Under the pieces are notes generated by a model. That model saw only the letters and a program-made list of their open reading frames with translations, made no database searches and was not told the origin of the DNA. A stretch of 51,639 bases of DNA from Diploschistes diacapsis (Eukaryota): positions 1 to 51,639 of the forward strand of contig JALAIB010000011.1 of NCBI GenBank assembly GCA_023645945.1. Direction: 5' to 3'. Shown piece by piece: positions 1-12,777 of this stretch. Position 1 is the stretch's first letter, and each line of letters starts with the position of its first letter. Made by a program: the position numbers and the translations under genes.

Positions 1-105
1 CGATAATAATAAAATTATATTTTTTTTATATTTAATTCTATATAGTTTTACGTATTTTTATAAGTGACATATATTTATATATAAATTATATAGAGATTTA
101 AGTAC
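1..105. repeat. Very AT-rich stretch, possibly the tail of a RIP-degraded repeat
   Basis: Almost entirely A/T with many TpA dinucleotides, in contrast to the balanced composition of the rest of the window. Confidence 0.35.
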
Positions 106-321
106 CTGGCAGAGCCACAGCGAGTTAAATAGAATGCATCACTAGGGCGCTACCAAATATGTTACACAATTTTACAGTAGGCAGAATAGCACATACCATT
201 ATTTATAGGTAAAACTACTTCTTTTCCAATTTCTCCTTATTGATTTTATGAATTGCTTCCCGCTGAGGTCTCTTTCTGTACAAGCATATTGTAAATGAGA
301 GACCGTAGCCCTCGATCCAAC

Positions 322-846
322 ATGGCAGCAGCGGCTTTGATGCCTACGTTTCCTCGAGTCGTTTTCAGAGTCCTCGAGCCACTCTCATTGTGGGTCTTTC
401 ATCAAAGCTCCTAGCTTCCTGATTCTTACCGAGGCCTTAGGATTGGCGGTATACTTTCTGCCTGGTTTGATACAGAGAACTTTATTTCGGATCAGTACTT
501 CCCAGCGAAGTCTCCGCCCCCTCCCACACCCAGCGCCACCATCCTAGCATTTCAACTGGGTAACCTTTACGGCCTGTTCGCTTTAGTAGGCCTGGCAATC
601 TTGTATCTCAGCGGCGAGCAGCGCGTTGTCAAGACATACATCGTGTGCCTAGCGATAGGAGATATCGGACACATTGCGCCAACAATAATGGTACTTGGAC
701 AAGAAGCGTTCCTCGATCTGGCCAGTTGGAACATGATGGCTTATGGCAATATTGTCGCGACCACCATTCTATTCGCGACTAGAGTAGGATGGCTTCTTGG
801 GCTTTTCGGAGAACCCTTTCAAAGCAGGAAAAGGAAACAGACTTGA
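322..846 (+). CDS. Small multi-pass fungal membrane protein (~157 aa, 2 exons)
   Basis: ATG 322 (MAAAALMPTFPRVVFRVLEPLS); intron 390-440 (GTGGGT...CTTAC...TTAG) joins in frame to ORF 601-846. Hydrophobic segments, including QLGNLYGLFALVG and LAIGDIGH. Confidence 0.75.
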
Positions 847-1287
847 TGGCGACTGATTCAATTCACATAGGCACCGGTTTCGAGATATTTGACATACCCT
901 GCAACGCTTCCCGCTGCTGCATATGAAGATTTCAAGTTCATAGCCTGCACCCTTCGGGTCTACCTTGTCACTGCTTCATGAATAATCTACTCGATCGACA
1001 TCATTACAAGGCAAGCTTGAATCCTCAAGCTTCCGACCATGTTTTACTTCTACATCAATCTCGTATGAGGAATATGAGGGGTGAGAATTAGAACGTTACC
1101 GCGATATTGAAGATTGTGGCACAGAAATGGGGTATTGCTTCTGTTTGAATGGTCCATATCATATCTTAAAACAACGCTCGATCTTAAATCAAGGATTCCT
1201 AGATATCGTCATCATGCGATTATTTATGAATGCACCTGGCTACGCACCCCTAAGACTATCCCGTACAAAGACCATCGCGGAATTATC

Positions 1288-2002
1288 CTAGATCGTGGTC
1301 TCGTATGCAATCGGATATAGTGTTTCTGGCTTGTTCTCCTTCGCATCCACAGTCCTCGCCTCTCGTGGCATGATCGGCTGGCGCTTAAGGTGAATGTGAA
1401 TTCCTTCTTCCTTTGCCTTGCGCCTCTTGACCGCGTTCTCCTTCACACGGCGAAGAAACTCATCTCTTGACCGAGACTTGGTGACGTGTTCAACGCGGAC
1501 GTTGACTCTTTTCTCTATGTAACGGTTTCCGACCCGCTTGTAGATGATCACGCCGACCGCTCGCTGCGTTACGTTGTAGATAACTCCAGTCTTGCCATGG
1601 TAGACTTTGTGGGGCATTCTGTAGAATTATCAAACCCGTGCTCCTCCCAAAGTCTCCCCTAGGAAGCCTGTTTCTTCGGAAGCAGCAAGGGCCTTACCCT
1701 TTTTGAACCGCACCATTGGCTTTGATATCGACAATGTCTCCGACTCTACATCCTGTAAGCTTTGTATCTATGTACTGCATAAAATAGCTCACTTATATTG
1801 CCTAAGATAGGTTGAAAGAGGGATCATCCCACGCTTCTTGAATCCGCGTGAAAAGGCATACTGCGAGTATAGTTAGCTAACTCAATATGAGGCCCGCACA
1901 GTGGACGTTTGACAAGCACAGAATTCAAAGGAGTACCGCAGTAGATAGAGGTTAGGGGCAACGTACTCGAGTGCCAGCTCTTAATCCGGCTGCGTGACCC
2001 AT
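1288..2002 (-). CDS. RPL21: 60S ribosomal protein L21 (eL21), 4 exons
   Basis: Starts MGHAAGLRAGTR, continues YAFSRGFKKRG, VGDIVDIKANGAVQKG and MPHKVYHGKTGVIYNVT...YETTI. Canonical GT-AG introns. Confidence 0.97.
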
Positions 2003-2216
2003 CTTGAATTGTTAGTAGATGTCCGCTATGATTTTCGAAGTCGCATGAATGAAAGCGAATATAAGAAAGAAGATCATCAAAGAGGTTGAACTACTACTCT
2101 TGGCGCATCATTAACCGAAGCCCTACAATTTCGTTGTAGTGTTTTTTTGCCCCACAACTCCCGCTACATCTTAATTACGATCTTTCAACCACAATAGCTT
2201 TGATAGTCATCCATCA
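2003..2216. promoter_or_regulatory. Bidirectional promoter of RPL21/RPS9 with an AAGCCCTA (Tbf1-like ribosomal-protein) element at 2118-2125
   Basis: 214 bp between divergent ATGs. The motif resembles the TAGGGCT-type element of fungal ribosomal protein promoters. Confidence 0.5.
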
Positions 2217-3027
2217 ATGGCTCCAAGATCGTATTCAAAGACCTACAAGGTCCCCCGTCGGCGTAAGTTGCCTCATCCCAGCAATACTTTAGAGTCCTTA
2301 ATCTAACAAACTTAGCTTTCGAGTCCGCTCGTCTGTCAGTACTTCCCGGCCACTAAGCAAGAGCTCGTCTCTGCTTATGTCGTTGGTTGTTCACTTACAT
2401 TCCCTGCAGCGACTCTGAATTGAAACTCGTTGGCGAATTCGGTCTTCGAAATAAGCGCGAGGTTTGGCGCGTTTCCTTGACACTTTCTAAGATCCGTCGT
2501 GCTGCCCGGTATGCTATAACGCTTTTAGGACCTAATCTCTTGAAACCTGGCTGATTAAATTCACAGTCAACTTCTGACGCTCGACGAAAAAGACCCCAAA
2601 CGTCTTTTCGAAGGAAATGCGCTGATTCGTCGTCTTGTCCGGGTCGGTGTGCTCGACGAGTCCCGCATGAAACTCGATTATGTACTGGCTCTGAAGCTTG
2701 AGGACTTTTTGGAGCGTAGGCTGCAGACATGTGTCTACAAGCTCGGTCTTGCAAAGAGTATTCATCATGCTCGTGTTTTGATCAAGCAACGGCATATTCG
2801 GTGGGTATATCGTGTACTGTGGTAGCTTTCCAGACTTACATCTCTGCAGAGTTGGAAAGCAAATCGTTAACGTTCCCTCGTTCATGGTTCGCCTGGATTC
2901 CCAGAAGCATATTGATTTTGCTCTTACTTCGCCATTTGGGGGTGGACGACCTGGTCGTGTGAAGAGAAAGAAGGCGAGAGCCGCAGAGAAGAAAGACGAG
3001 GATGGAGGCGAGGAGGAAGAAGAGTAA
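2217..3027 (+). CDS. RPS9: 40S ribosomal protein S9 (uS4), multi-exon
   Basis: Exons read [65 protein letters not shown] and [23 protein letters not shown]... Confidence 0.97.
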
Positions 3028-3199
3028 GACTGGGACTTCGGATGGGATTTGCTCATGGGCTCGCCTTGCTCCTACACCTTTTAAAACGAGTGATAGGTCA
3101 ATAAACAGATGTCTAGAAATACGTGAATCCAAAAAGCCCTTTTTGCCAAGGGTGTATTCCAGAAAGCCTTCGATCGTTAATGCCTAATAAGAAAGGGTA

Positions 3200-4612
3200 T
3201 CAATGCACCATCCCATCTGTTCCTAAATATTTAGCCATCGGATCATCTGCTTGAACCCTTGATCGCTTATAAGCCTCCAACTCCTCCTCTGTAACTCCGC
3301 TTCGCATCTCGATTGCGCTCCTCTTCTTAGCAGATTTGTACGTCTCAGCTACTTGTTCCTCATTCTCCGTATCAAGCCCTGTTTTAAGCTTCATGCCGGT
3401 ATCCTCGATGGTTTCAAGCGCACTCCCTAATCGAAGGTCACTTGACTCTTTCAAGGCTTGCTTTCCTTCTTCTCCGGTACAATAACTATTCTTGACCGTA
3501 GAATGACAGCAGGCGTATCCCCACTCAAAGCTTTTCCACCAGCTCCCCCAAACGGACGTGTGGTTGTTAATGTAGACATCTTCAGCATACTTTGATTTCC
3601 GCTCGGCCTTTGGCACACCTTTGACGTCCCCAGTCTCATCATACTCGACGTAGCGGTCATTCTCCAGCACTGCCATATCTCTCGCTGCATTTGGCTTGAG
3701 ATGCACCTCCCCACCGTACCTGTGCAACAGAGCCTTTTTCTGCGCTTCTTTCTTCGCTGCTAGCTCTTCCTTCTCTTTCCTTCGCAGATACTCTCCCGAA
3801 GTCGGATTGGCTTGGATGTGGGTCTTGTTTTTGTCGCCTCTTTCCTGCGACTCCCAGGCATATCTCTGGGCCTTTTCAAACTCCGCGGCATCGCCCGATG
3901 CTCGCATGAAGTTGTCTTCAGCAACAAGTGCCGATGCTTGATCGATCTGAGCGCCCATATCAACCATTGACCTGGTTTTGGGATCATACTTGGCAGACTC
4001 AAGATCTAGGTTGAGTAGGTATTTTGCAGTGTCTTCTCTGAGCCGAAGGTTCCTCGTTGATGTGCTTTGTTGCCTGCCCATATCGGATTCCTCAAGGTAC
4101 TTTACTTCGTCATCATCGCCTTCTCCATCGAATTCGACATCTTTCCTGTCTTGCGCATCCTCCCCACGAGCTTGACGCTTCATTCTTTCCAGCTCCTCAA
4201 AATCTTCGACCACCTGGCGATACTCGGATGCGTCATACCCATTCCATCTGTCTCTCTTTGCATCCCATCCCAGCTTAACGTCTTGGACAACCTCATCTGC
4301 CTGAATGTTCTTACCGGTCCACCGCGCACCTTTCGCCCGCGGCCGGCTCAGACATTCTTTCGTCTTGTGTGTCAAAGCTCCACAATTTTCGCAGGCACCC
4401 TTGCGGTACTTTGTTGCCGCAGGGCCCAGTTTCTGCCCACGATCGTACCATTTTGACTGATCTGTACTCTCTTTCTGGAGCCGCTGATGTTCAAGATAGT
4501 CATTTGCGCCGACATTATCGTCATCGGGAACATAGAAAGGCTTCTTAGTAATGAAAGATGGAATATACTCGTTCTTCTCTTTCGATGCTACCTCGGCGGG
4601 CTTGCGCGACAT
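3200..4612 (-). CDS. SLU7: Pre-mRNA splicing factor Slu7
   Basis: [21 protein letters not shown] start (ATG at 4612), zinc knuckle [27 protein letters not shown] and WGYACCH motifs. Confidence 0.95.
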   Translation of the reverse strand: MSRKPAEVASKEKNEYIPSFITKKPFYVPDDDNVGANDYLEHQRLQKESTDQSKWYDRGQKLGPAATKYRKGACENCGALTHKTKECLSRPRAKGARWTGKNIQADEVVQDVKLGWDAKRDRWNGYDASEYRQVVEDFEELERMKRQARGEDAQDRKDVEFDGEGDDDEVKYLEESDMGRQQSTSTRNLRLREDTAKYLLNLDLESAKYDPKTRSMVDMGAQIDQASALVAEDNFMRASGDAAEFEKAQRYAWESQERGDKNKTHIQANPTSGEYLRRKEKEELAAKKEAQKKALLHRYGGEVHLKPNAARDMAVLENDRYVEYDETGDVKGVPKAERKSKYAEDVYINNHTSVWGSWWKSFEWGYACCHSTVKNSYCTGEEGKQALKESSDLRLGSALETIEDTGMKLKTGLDTENEEQVAETYKSAKKRSAIEMRSGVTEEELEAYKRSRVQADDPMAKYLGTDGMVH

Positions 4613-4959
4613 TTCGACTGGGAAAGACGTTCTTGGGTTTGCTTTACGCTTCAAGTTGGTGATTATTCACCCTAGCAGATTACAATTAGCAACAAGTGCC
4701 GAGACGTGTAACAGAGTATGGGATAGTGCAGAAAACGAGATAGCGGACAAGGACTGGGCGTTCCTGCTTGCTCTATCAAGCCGATGGTCGCAGATTTTAA
4801 GAAATCTAACAGTAGTGGGTTCAAGCACTGTTCACTTGAGGAAACGCTATTCCTTATATGCAATATCTACTGGATACTATCGGGTTATTAAGGGTTTTAA
4901 GTATCGCTGGATCGAGTAGGAAATTGCTGAAATAGAGCTACTATTGAAAGCGCGGAGAT

Positions 4960-5632
4960 AAGAGCGTCGGACATTGGAAAATGCCAAGTAGATTTCTCAA
5001 GCGACCTGGAATAGATATCGTAATGTATCACTTGCATTACCTCTCCAACATTATTCTTGAACCCAGCTTCTTTATTTGTTCTTGTCAGCCCAACTTGGAT
5101 CAAGTGATCCATCTGAAAACCGCCTCCTCGCTTTGTCCACCTGCTCAATCAAGTTCTTGGATAGTGAGTTAATGTGAATTAATCCCCCCTCCTTGAGCTC
5201 CTGCGATAGGATTCTTCAAAAGCATCTACCCGCTTTACTTCTTTCTTTTCCAGTCCACCGTATGCTTTGTTCCAGAGTTGTTCTGGCAGGTTCAAAGGAG
5301 GCGATAAAGTATCGCAAGAAAGCTGCTTGGTCACAGTTGCCGCCGAAAGTGACGAGACGATTGCAGGAGAAGGCATTAGGGAAGATGGGGCTGCTGACAA
5401 CTGCCAAATATCAACATCACCATATCTTGCAATCTCAAGAGGCAGATAGTTCTATGGGAGTCATAATTGGCCACACGTGTATTTGTGACTCCTGCTGCAT
5501 AATTCATCGATTCATCGGGCGAGCTAGCCGCTCTCCCTTTCAATCCGGCATGCTGTTGGGTTTTTCGAGACTTTGACTTACGTGGTTGTGGCCACGGAAA
5601 CGAGACTGTAATTTCGAAACGATTGGCGCCAT
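4960..5632 (-). pseudogene. Relic of an NLR-type (NWD/NACHT) N-terminal domain gene
   Basis: Fragments in different frames, separated by stops and frameshifts: PLNLPEQLWNKAYGGLEKKEVKRVDAFE and QMDHLIQVGLTRTNKEAGFKNNVGEVMQVI. They resemble the 'LWxxAYxxL...LVxAYE' N-terminus of fungal NACHT proteins. No P-loop domain follows. Confidence 0.55.
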
Positions 5633-6175
5633 CTGTTTCCGAGAACCAGATTCTCTAGAAAGCAAGCTTATAGTGGTTGTTGTAGCGACTGTCTAGGCAG
5701 CCCCGCCAGTCTCGTCGTCCAGATTTCATAGAATGGAGCTTGAAGACAGCCATTGAAGCTCTTGTTGGCAGAGACCACTCTTAATGTCTGTCCTATGCCT
5801 GACAAATTAGCTGCTGACATGACCATTCAGGGCTCAATGCCTCAAGGAGGCAGAAAGAAAATTTTATAGAAGATAGCAAGGGAGAGATAATAGTTACAAC
5901 CAAACAACTAATCCCATAACGAAAGCGGTCAGTTCTAGCTGGAAGCAGGAAATGAGATAAAACCCGTTCTCAGGACACTCTTCCACAGGCGCCCGAGCCC
6001 CCAAAGCTTGGAAGGACCCACCACATATCCTCTCACACAGGCACACACAGAATGCTCAAACGTGTCATTGCTGCCGCTCCTTCATGCAGTACATGAGAGG
6101 AAAAGCGCTTTCGACAAGAAGAACCTCATTGATAAGCGTCGCTCCCGAGACCCAGCTAGCTAGACGCCGTTTCGA

Positions 6176-6290
6176 GCATTGTCCCCAAAGACCGCTCCTC
6201 CTAGCAAGGCCATCTCTCGCGACTCACCTAGCCAAAGGCCCCTTGAGGCATTACCCCCGAAAAGTGCACTCCCTAGCAAGGCCATCCATG
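6176..6290. repeat. Imperfect 72-bp direct repeat (2 copies) within a decayed ORF
   Basis: GCATT...CCTAGCAAGGCCATC at 6176 and 6248. The minus-strand translation repeats MALLGSALFGGNA / MALLGGAVFGDNA. Confidence 0.6.
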
Positions 6291-6821
6291 ACGCTTTCGC
6301 CATAGGAATTGGCCCGAGCAAGTCTCGCCATGGTCTTGGGGAGTCTCGAAGTTCTAGGAATCGCAGAGACTTCATTATCAAACTTCTAGCCTGAGAAAAT
6401 CACTACCTTGAATGTGGTATTGAACCTGCACTCAGGTCTGAGACTGTGCTGGATCTGCATCGCCTAGGCGTCTGTAATTTATCATTTTCGGTCTGAGCGA
6501 GAGAAACACACGATTTTCAGTCTCAGAACCTTCACAATACTCTCCACCCTTCATGAGCTATTAAGACCCAGGAAAGATTGGCTCTCGAGTCAGTCATCTA
6601 TTCAGTATAGAATTTACTCGTAGTCGTGCGCTTTGGCCCAATAAACCCTCAGTATGCAACCGGAACCTGTAGCTTGTCTGCTTCCAGCTAGATCCTTAGC
6701 CGGGGGGGGGGGCCAATACCGAGAGAACAATCACAAAGAGACAAGCAATTTGATTGTGTCTACCCAGGCCATGCGATTGTCTCGTTGTCCACCGACCATT
6801 TACGCCCATCACGTCTGCCTG

Positions 6822-8300
6822 TCACCTCCTCAAGGATTTGCTCTGCTTCGAGCCCTTGGTTACCGATGTGTCCTTGGTCGTTGTTGAGCGTTTGTCTCTC
6901 ACCGACTGCGTGTTTGTGAATGACTGTGTAGCCACAGATGGCCGTCTGCTGCCTCTGCTCGGCTCCGAGCGTATGCTCTTTGCCGCCCGCTTCGTGCGTA
7001 CTTCGATCACTTCCTCTTCCTCCTCGTCGTTGTCTGGGTCGTCGAGTTCGGCGGCGGTGGCGGTCCGCTTTTCGGACCACTGTTGTGAGAGGGGAAATAG
7101 TTGCTGAAGAACGTCCCCAAGTTGTGAGTGTCGTGTCCCAAGACCCCATTCTACAATGTTCTTGACAGTGTCATGGCATGCTTGGACATGCCCCTTTTCC
7201 AGAGTCTGGAAGCCCTTAACGCGAGACATGTAATAGATTCGGTCGTCTGGAGAGCGCCAATGGACCGAGAGCTCCACAAGTCTTCCAGTAGCGGATATTG
7301 AAAAGGCTATGGCGTCAGTCTGTTTAGTTTTCTGAGAAGCCTTTGCCTGATCAAGCAGCCACTCCATGGAGTTCTGGCAGTAAGTGCCGCTCCCGGCGGC
7401 CTGGTTCTCAGCATGGTATAAAGTGCCACCGGTAGCTTCTGACTTAATCTCAACAGTAAGAAACGGCAAGATGTTGCCGATACCTGGTTGGGTGTACGGG
7501 CTCGCATATGGATGGTCGATGACGTGCCTTTGTTGCTTTGAAAACCCTGACTTGATGCCGGGGGTATACCCCACATGGAAATCGGGTTTGGGTGTAGAAA
7601 TAGGGTATCCATAGTCCTTATCATACGGTAGTGCAGCCCTTGACCACCGACTGTTACCTCCCAAGCTAATGCCTGGTTGTTGAACAGGAAACATAGCCGA
7701 AGAAACGAAGCCGTTCACGACGTTCTCGGTACTGTTTGCCCAATTCATCATAGACGTCACCGTGCTGTCCACCATATCCTGCGATAGAGGTGGCGATGTT
7801 CTTTTCTTTAGGATGGTTGTATTCAACAGATCTTTGACAGCCGGCAACATCTGGCTTCCCATGGCATCGATCACAACGTCGTTGCCTTCGAGAACGGTTG
7901 TTCGATACCGAGCGCTGGCCGGCTTGATCCTCGTAATGGTGCTTTTATTTGTGCGCTGCGAGAAGCTGTCATCGTCACCTCTTTCTCGACGTCCATGATC
8001 TCCCATCTCGTCAATCGCCAGAAGTGACTTCGAGTGTCCGCGAAGGTCTTGAACGGTCGGGGGGATCTGGTTGTCGTTGAAGTTTGCTGGCACGCTTCGT
8101 GACCTGAGGATCTCTGTCAGAGCCTCTGGAGGCGGTGCAGGAACGTTGCTCAGCCAGTCGAGGACTGGCAGCTCTTCCCGACGCCGTTTAGGTGCGGGCT
8201 CCTTGAATTTAGCTTCTTGGAGTTCAGGATCAAGATCTTCAGCGAAGCGCCGTTTGAGAGGCCTCTGGGGCGTAGGTTCGAGTACTTCAGAAACGCTCAT
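6822..8300 (-). CDS. Fungal PD-(D/E)XK-like protein (DUF7924-like), ~492 aa
   Basis: Intact ORF with ISTPKPDFHVGY...LPFLTVEIKSEATGGTLYHAENQAAGSG. First ATG at 8300. The family label is recalled from motifs. Confidence 0.75.
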   Translation of the reverse strand: MSVSEVLEPTPQRPLKRRFAEDLDPELQEAKFKEPAPKRRREELPVLDWLSNVPAPPPEALTEILRSRSVPANFNDNQIPPTVQDLRGHSKSLLAIDEMGDHGRRERGDDDSFSQRTNKSTITRIKPASARYRTTVLEGNDVVIDAMGSQMLPAVKDLLNTTILKKRTSPPLSQDMVDSTVTSMMNWANSTENVVNGFVSSAMFPVQQPGISLGGNSRWSRAALPYDKDYGYPISTPKPDFHVGYTPGIKSGFSKQQRHVIDHPYASPYTQPGIGNILPFLTVEIKSEATGGTLYHAENQAAGSGTYCQNSMEWLLDQAKASQKTKQTDAIAFSISATGRLVELSVHWRSPDDRIYYMSRVKGFQTLEKGHVQACHDTVKNIVEWGLGTRHSQLGDVLQQLFPLSQQWSEKRTATAAELDDPDNDEEEEEVIEVRTKRAAKSIRSEPSRGSRRPSVATQSFTNTQSVRDKRSTTTKDTSVTKGSKQSKSLRR

Positions 8301-9199
8301 GGTGATTCGCAAAGGCAGGTAAATAGACGCGCGGGGAGGCTGACTAGCGCGCAGAAGATGGGCCTATATTACTGTTGAGCAGACACGCAGATTGGGACGG
8401 ATGAGCTCAGTTTATTTGAACCTGAGCTGAGTTATGTTATAAACTCCATCTCTACAAAGTAGATATGAGGTATCGGTAGTGGTATTCATTGCAGAAATTA
8501 TCATTAAGATACATCATTTTGGCCGTAAAATCGAAAGCTAGATTCGAAACAGTGGATGCATAGGCATCACGTGATCACACATTCGGAGTTAATTTATTAT
8601 CTACGATAACCCTAACAGTATATCACAGTAACCATGTCTATTGGCGACTATCCCACAAGAACTTACAGGACGACTTTGGGCAACTAGGCTTAGGTCTCTT
8701 CTATTGGCGAGACGGATGCTCTTTCCGATTTCGATTCAATCCAGTAGACGTCAACAGGGCCAAGCAACTTAGGGGAGAGACCTGCACAAGCTACTGGAAT
8801 CAGGCATAAGACCCTACCTTCACAAGGGCGACACAAATCAAGATTGGACAGCCTCACGGATGACGAAGTGGTGGAAAGATGCATCTCTGAAGCTGCATAA
8901 GCTTTGCTGGACACTGAAATATTTCGATCAAATGCGATGACTCCGGGCCTCTACATTAAACGAATCAAGCAAGCAATATACGAATGGAACCTTGCAGAAC
9001 ACTGTAACACTGGTGGTCGATGTTCGACATGGCCGTGGTGCGATCAATATCGCCCCCAAAGCAGGACAATAAAATACGTCGATAAAATAGGCGTTACAGA
9101 GACTAACGATCTGGTGATAGGTTCCATGGAAAAGCGCGAATGGTGTGGTATTACGCCATCTGATTTGTCCGCGTGGCGCATGCTGCATCACGTTACGAT

Positions 9200-9829
9200 A
9201 TATCACAATAGCTGCACATATTGAGTAGCGAGCTGATTTTTCAAGCGCTCTGAGATAAATCTCCTAACCGACGGTGAACAACTTTTTCGTTTCTATCGAT
9301 CCAATCAACAAAATCCGTCCAGGGATTTCGCATATATTTCCCGTCAGCGGATCTGCGGCTAGTGAGTTATCGCCACCATGTGCAGGGTATTGAGTCGATG
9401 CTTCATACTTGCTGCATAGCCTTGTCGTTCAGAAAGGCCTTCATTTTGGTGACGCTTTCCGTACATTTCTGGCTGGTGTGTGCTTGCAGAATCAACTGGC
9501 AAGTTTGACTTCATTAGATTCAGACCCTATGTATCGATAGATAATACTCATGCCAAGGGGGACACTGTTTGGCGTACCTTCGGAAAGAGGGATCTCCTGA
9601 AACTGATATAACGAGGATGATCTTTCTTGATACATGTTTTTCGGATGCCGTTTCCGCCATGCCGTTCGTTTATTAGGATAGGGATTGCTCCCCAAGCCAA
9701 CACCAGGCCGCTCTCTAAACAAACCCCGAGGGACCATGCAAGATTTTTCAGTCGACCCCACTTCAGTTCTGTCCAATCCATCATTACTCCAGTCCCCTTG
9801 CGCTTTTCACTTCTTAGAGGATCAGACAT
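9200..9829 (-). pseudogene. Degenerate intron-containing gene of unknown family
   Basis: ATG 9829 (MSDPLRSEKRKG...SLFPK), GTACGC donor, a second exon (LILQAHTSQKC...KAMQQ) and a GTATGA donor, then stops and frameshifts. Confidence 0.3.
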
Positions 9830-10289
9830 GGCTGCTACGACAACAGAGTGGGCCGCAGACATATCGAAATACTGCAGATGAATGGAAAAGGAGTGGAGTG
9901 GCGTGATGGAGTGGTGTGGAGTGGTGTGGGATAGAAATTCGACCGACATGGACCGAGTCAGGCAATAGCGCCTCTGACAAACCACTCCTGTTGCTGGCGA
10001 CGGAATGGTACATGCAAGAGAGTCGTATAGCTTATGCATATGACATATCACCTGTGGACGTCTTGCAGGGATGCTGCTTTAAAAAAAAGCAGGCGGGAAG
10101 CGGCGCTGCAGCTCGCAAACCCAGACGCTTCATGGATATATCAAGGCGTGTGGTTCTCCTCCACTCGAACTTTGGCAATGCTCATGACAAGCTATAGCAC
10201 TCGAAAAGAGACGTCTTCAGTCCAACTCAAAGCCGACAAACTCAAGCTCCATCACAGTAGTTCTTCCTTTCAAGAAGGTGCTCGTGAAA

Positions 10290-12777
10290 ATGGCCGGAGC
10301 GACTTCCCCGTCTCTCGAATCATGCGTGCCTCCAGTTAGTTCGACAGTGTTTCAGTCCTCCTCGCAGGTCCTCACATTCGACCACTTCAAGAGACTCTGG
10401 GTGGATCTTGTCAAAGCAGGCCAAGAGGCTGAGCCTACAGATGCTGGAGCGACGAAACCGGAAAGCACGGACAATGTCCAGGTCGCTCAAACACTGGCTC
10501 GAGCTTCGAAGCTAGACTTTAAGGTTGTTGATGAAATGTATGTGCTCCGTGCGGTATCATTGACTATGCTTATGTCCCCATGATCCAGCTGGGATGAAAG
10601 GGTCCATCAATACAAGATTGTGCAAAATCAGACGCACGAAAACGTGGATGGATTGGATGAGTATGTGTTTGTTGTTCGCTCCAGAGGCGGTATGTTCACT
10701 GGTCGGCGTGTGACAGCCTGGCATTAACAGCATTCTTGAAGATAACAAACTCCTTGAGGCCATCTTTTTTATCGACATCAAGTCGGAACCACTCCGGGAC
10801 GCGCTCATGACCGTCCTGCAAGATGTCAAATGTGCCTGTTTTCGAGAAGACATACCCTCTGTATGAGCTCTGTCGTGCCTGGTGGATAGTAACTGACGTC
10901 CAAGCACAGCTTGAAAGAAATATAGTATACAACTACCTCCCCGAGCTGGAAGCGTACCGGAGAAAAATGGGTAACAATCGTGACCATGACTTCCGGTCTC
11001 TACAACACATAGACTTCTTCATTGATTATATGAGGAAATGCTACGCAACAACCAGTAGCCGTCTGGTCCCACTCCTTGAGAATGGAGAGACTACCTACGA
11101 CCTACTTTGGGCTCTTTTTAGGCCTAATACCATCCTGTACACCACTTGCAACGGCGCCGACAAGCCGCGGTGTGTTTTTTTAGATTACGGCGGAGAGATA
11201 GTCGCCCACGACGGCACGAGACATTACAGTTTGATGTGCCGATATCTCGATTTCGATGGCGACGCCCTAGGTGAGGTTGTTGCGAATATCACCATTGAAA
11301 AATTCCGTGGAACCAGATGCATCAGTACGCTCAAGGCATTTCCACTTGACTTGCATCCAAACAAACGTGCCATGAGAGCCCGCCTCATCACACAAGGCCG
11401 GAAGTTTCTTTCCTTGATGGGACCTCATCACTGTCATTGCCAAGGAGCGGCATTTACCCGAGACAGCAAGAATCAAATTAAAAAGTTCTCTGTCAATGGC
11501 CGGATCATGGTGGATGCTGAGTTTTTCCGGAAGATGAATCCAAACTACCCCCGACCATGTGTGGGAAAGAGGATGAACACAACAGCTGCCAGGCTCGAGC
11601 TTGATTCTTTCGCGAATGCGGTGAGCACAGGCACGTCAAGGACGCAGCCGTCAGGTCCGATAGAAATGATTAGCGTCGGGCCGGCGACCATGGAGGAAAC
11701 TGACCTGCTTATTTGCTGCCCCACTGTGCCAGGTTTTTCTTTGAATGAGAAAGTCTGGGGTGAGTCGTCTCCTTTGGGTGTTTCCAAGCTGTGACACTGA
11801 TCGCTTGCTTTCAGGAGAGTTCCCAGTGGCTGATATTAAAGACATCGAATGGTCTTCGGAAGCGTATGACTGTTTGACAATTCCCAAGCAGGACAAAGAC
11901 ATGCTGATGGCGCTTGCCGAAAGCCGCGGGCCAGGAGCGTCAACGGCGCGCTTTGATGACTTCGTTACAGGTAAAGGAAAGGGGCTCAATATATTACTGC
12001 AGTACGGTTCCAAGTTCCTGCGGAGCTTGACATGCTGACAGTTCGTAGTGGGCCGCCTGGGCTGGGAAAATCATTGACAGCCGAAGCCGTGGCCGAGCAT
12101 CTTCGAAGTCCGTTGTATTCGGTGCGTTGCTTTTTGCACGGTGTCGGACTTCGCTAACTTCCTAAGATCTCTGCCGGAGAATTGCCCAATTTTGCGGACG
12201 ACTTAGAGGAGCAGCTATCCCGCATCTTCGAGATTGCCGCTCACTGGGGCGCAATCCTTCTCTTGGACGAAGCCGACGTGTTTCTAGAGCGACGTTCGAG
12301 TCAGGATCTTACGCGGAATAGCCTTGTCTCTGTCTTCCTTCGCAAAATGGAGTATTCCCAGGCAATCATGTTCATGACGACAAACCGAGCCTCTGAATTC
12401 GATGATGCGGTCCTGAGCAGAATCCATCTCATGCTACGGTACAAACGCCTGAGTCTCGCTGCGAAACGCGAAATATGGGCGAATTTCCTGAAGAGGGCTG
12501 CCACCCCCCAGGGGGAAGTGGCCGTTTCAGAAGCGCAGTTTTCACGCTTGGTCTCCGCCAGCTTGAATGGTCGGGAGGTGAGTTCTTCATTTCCCCAGCC
12601 CGAGGCCGTTGACTGACCAACGAACGGATCAAAAATGTTGTTGCCACAGCCCACGCATTGGCTATGAAGGGTAATGCGACGATTTCGTTTGCTCACCTTG
12701 GGAAAGCCATACAGTTAAACGAAGAGTTCTGGCAGGAATTCACCGAGGCGGATCATATAGGTAGCATGTTCTCGTGA
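10290..12777 (+). CDS. Fungal AAA+ ATPase with long N-terminal region (DUF7025-like), multi-exon; last acceptor defective
   Basis: The spliced model gives DGLDEYVFVVR, TYDLLWALFRPN, FDDFVTGKGKGLNILLHGPPGLGKSLTAEAVAE (Walker A), ILLLDEADVFL (Walker B), MTTNR, and SLNGRE/IKNVV. The final intron 12578-12627 ends in CGG rather than YAG. Confidence 0.85.

Noticed and set aside
6434..6531. Short inverted repeat AGGTCTGAGACTG / CAGTCTCAGAACCT
   Set aside because: Only ~13 bp with an indel and no target-site duplication; compatible with chance.
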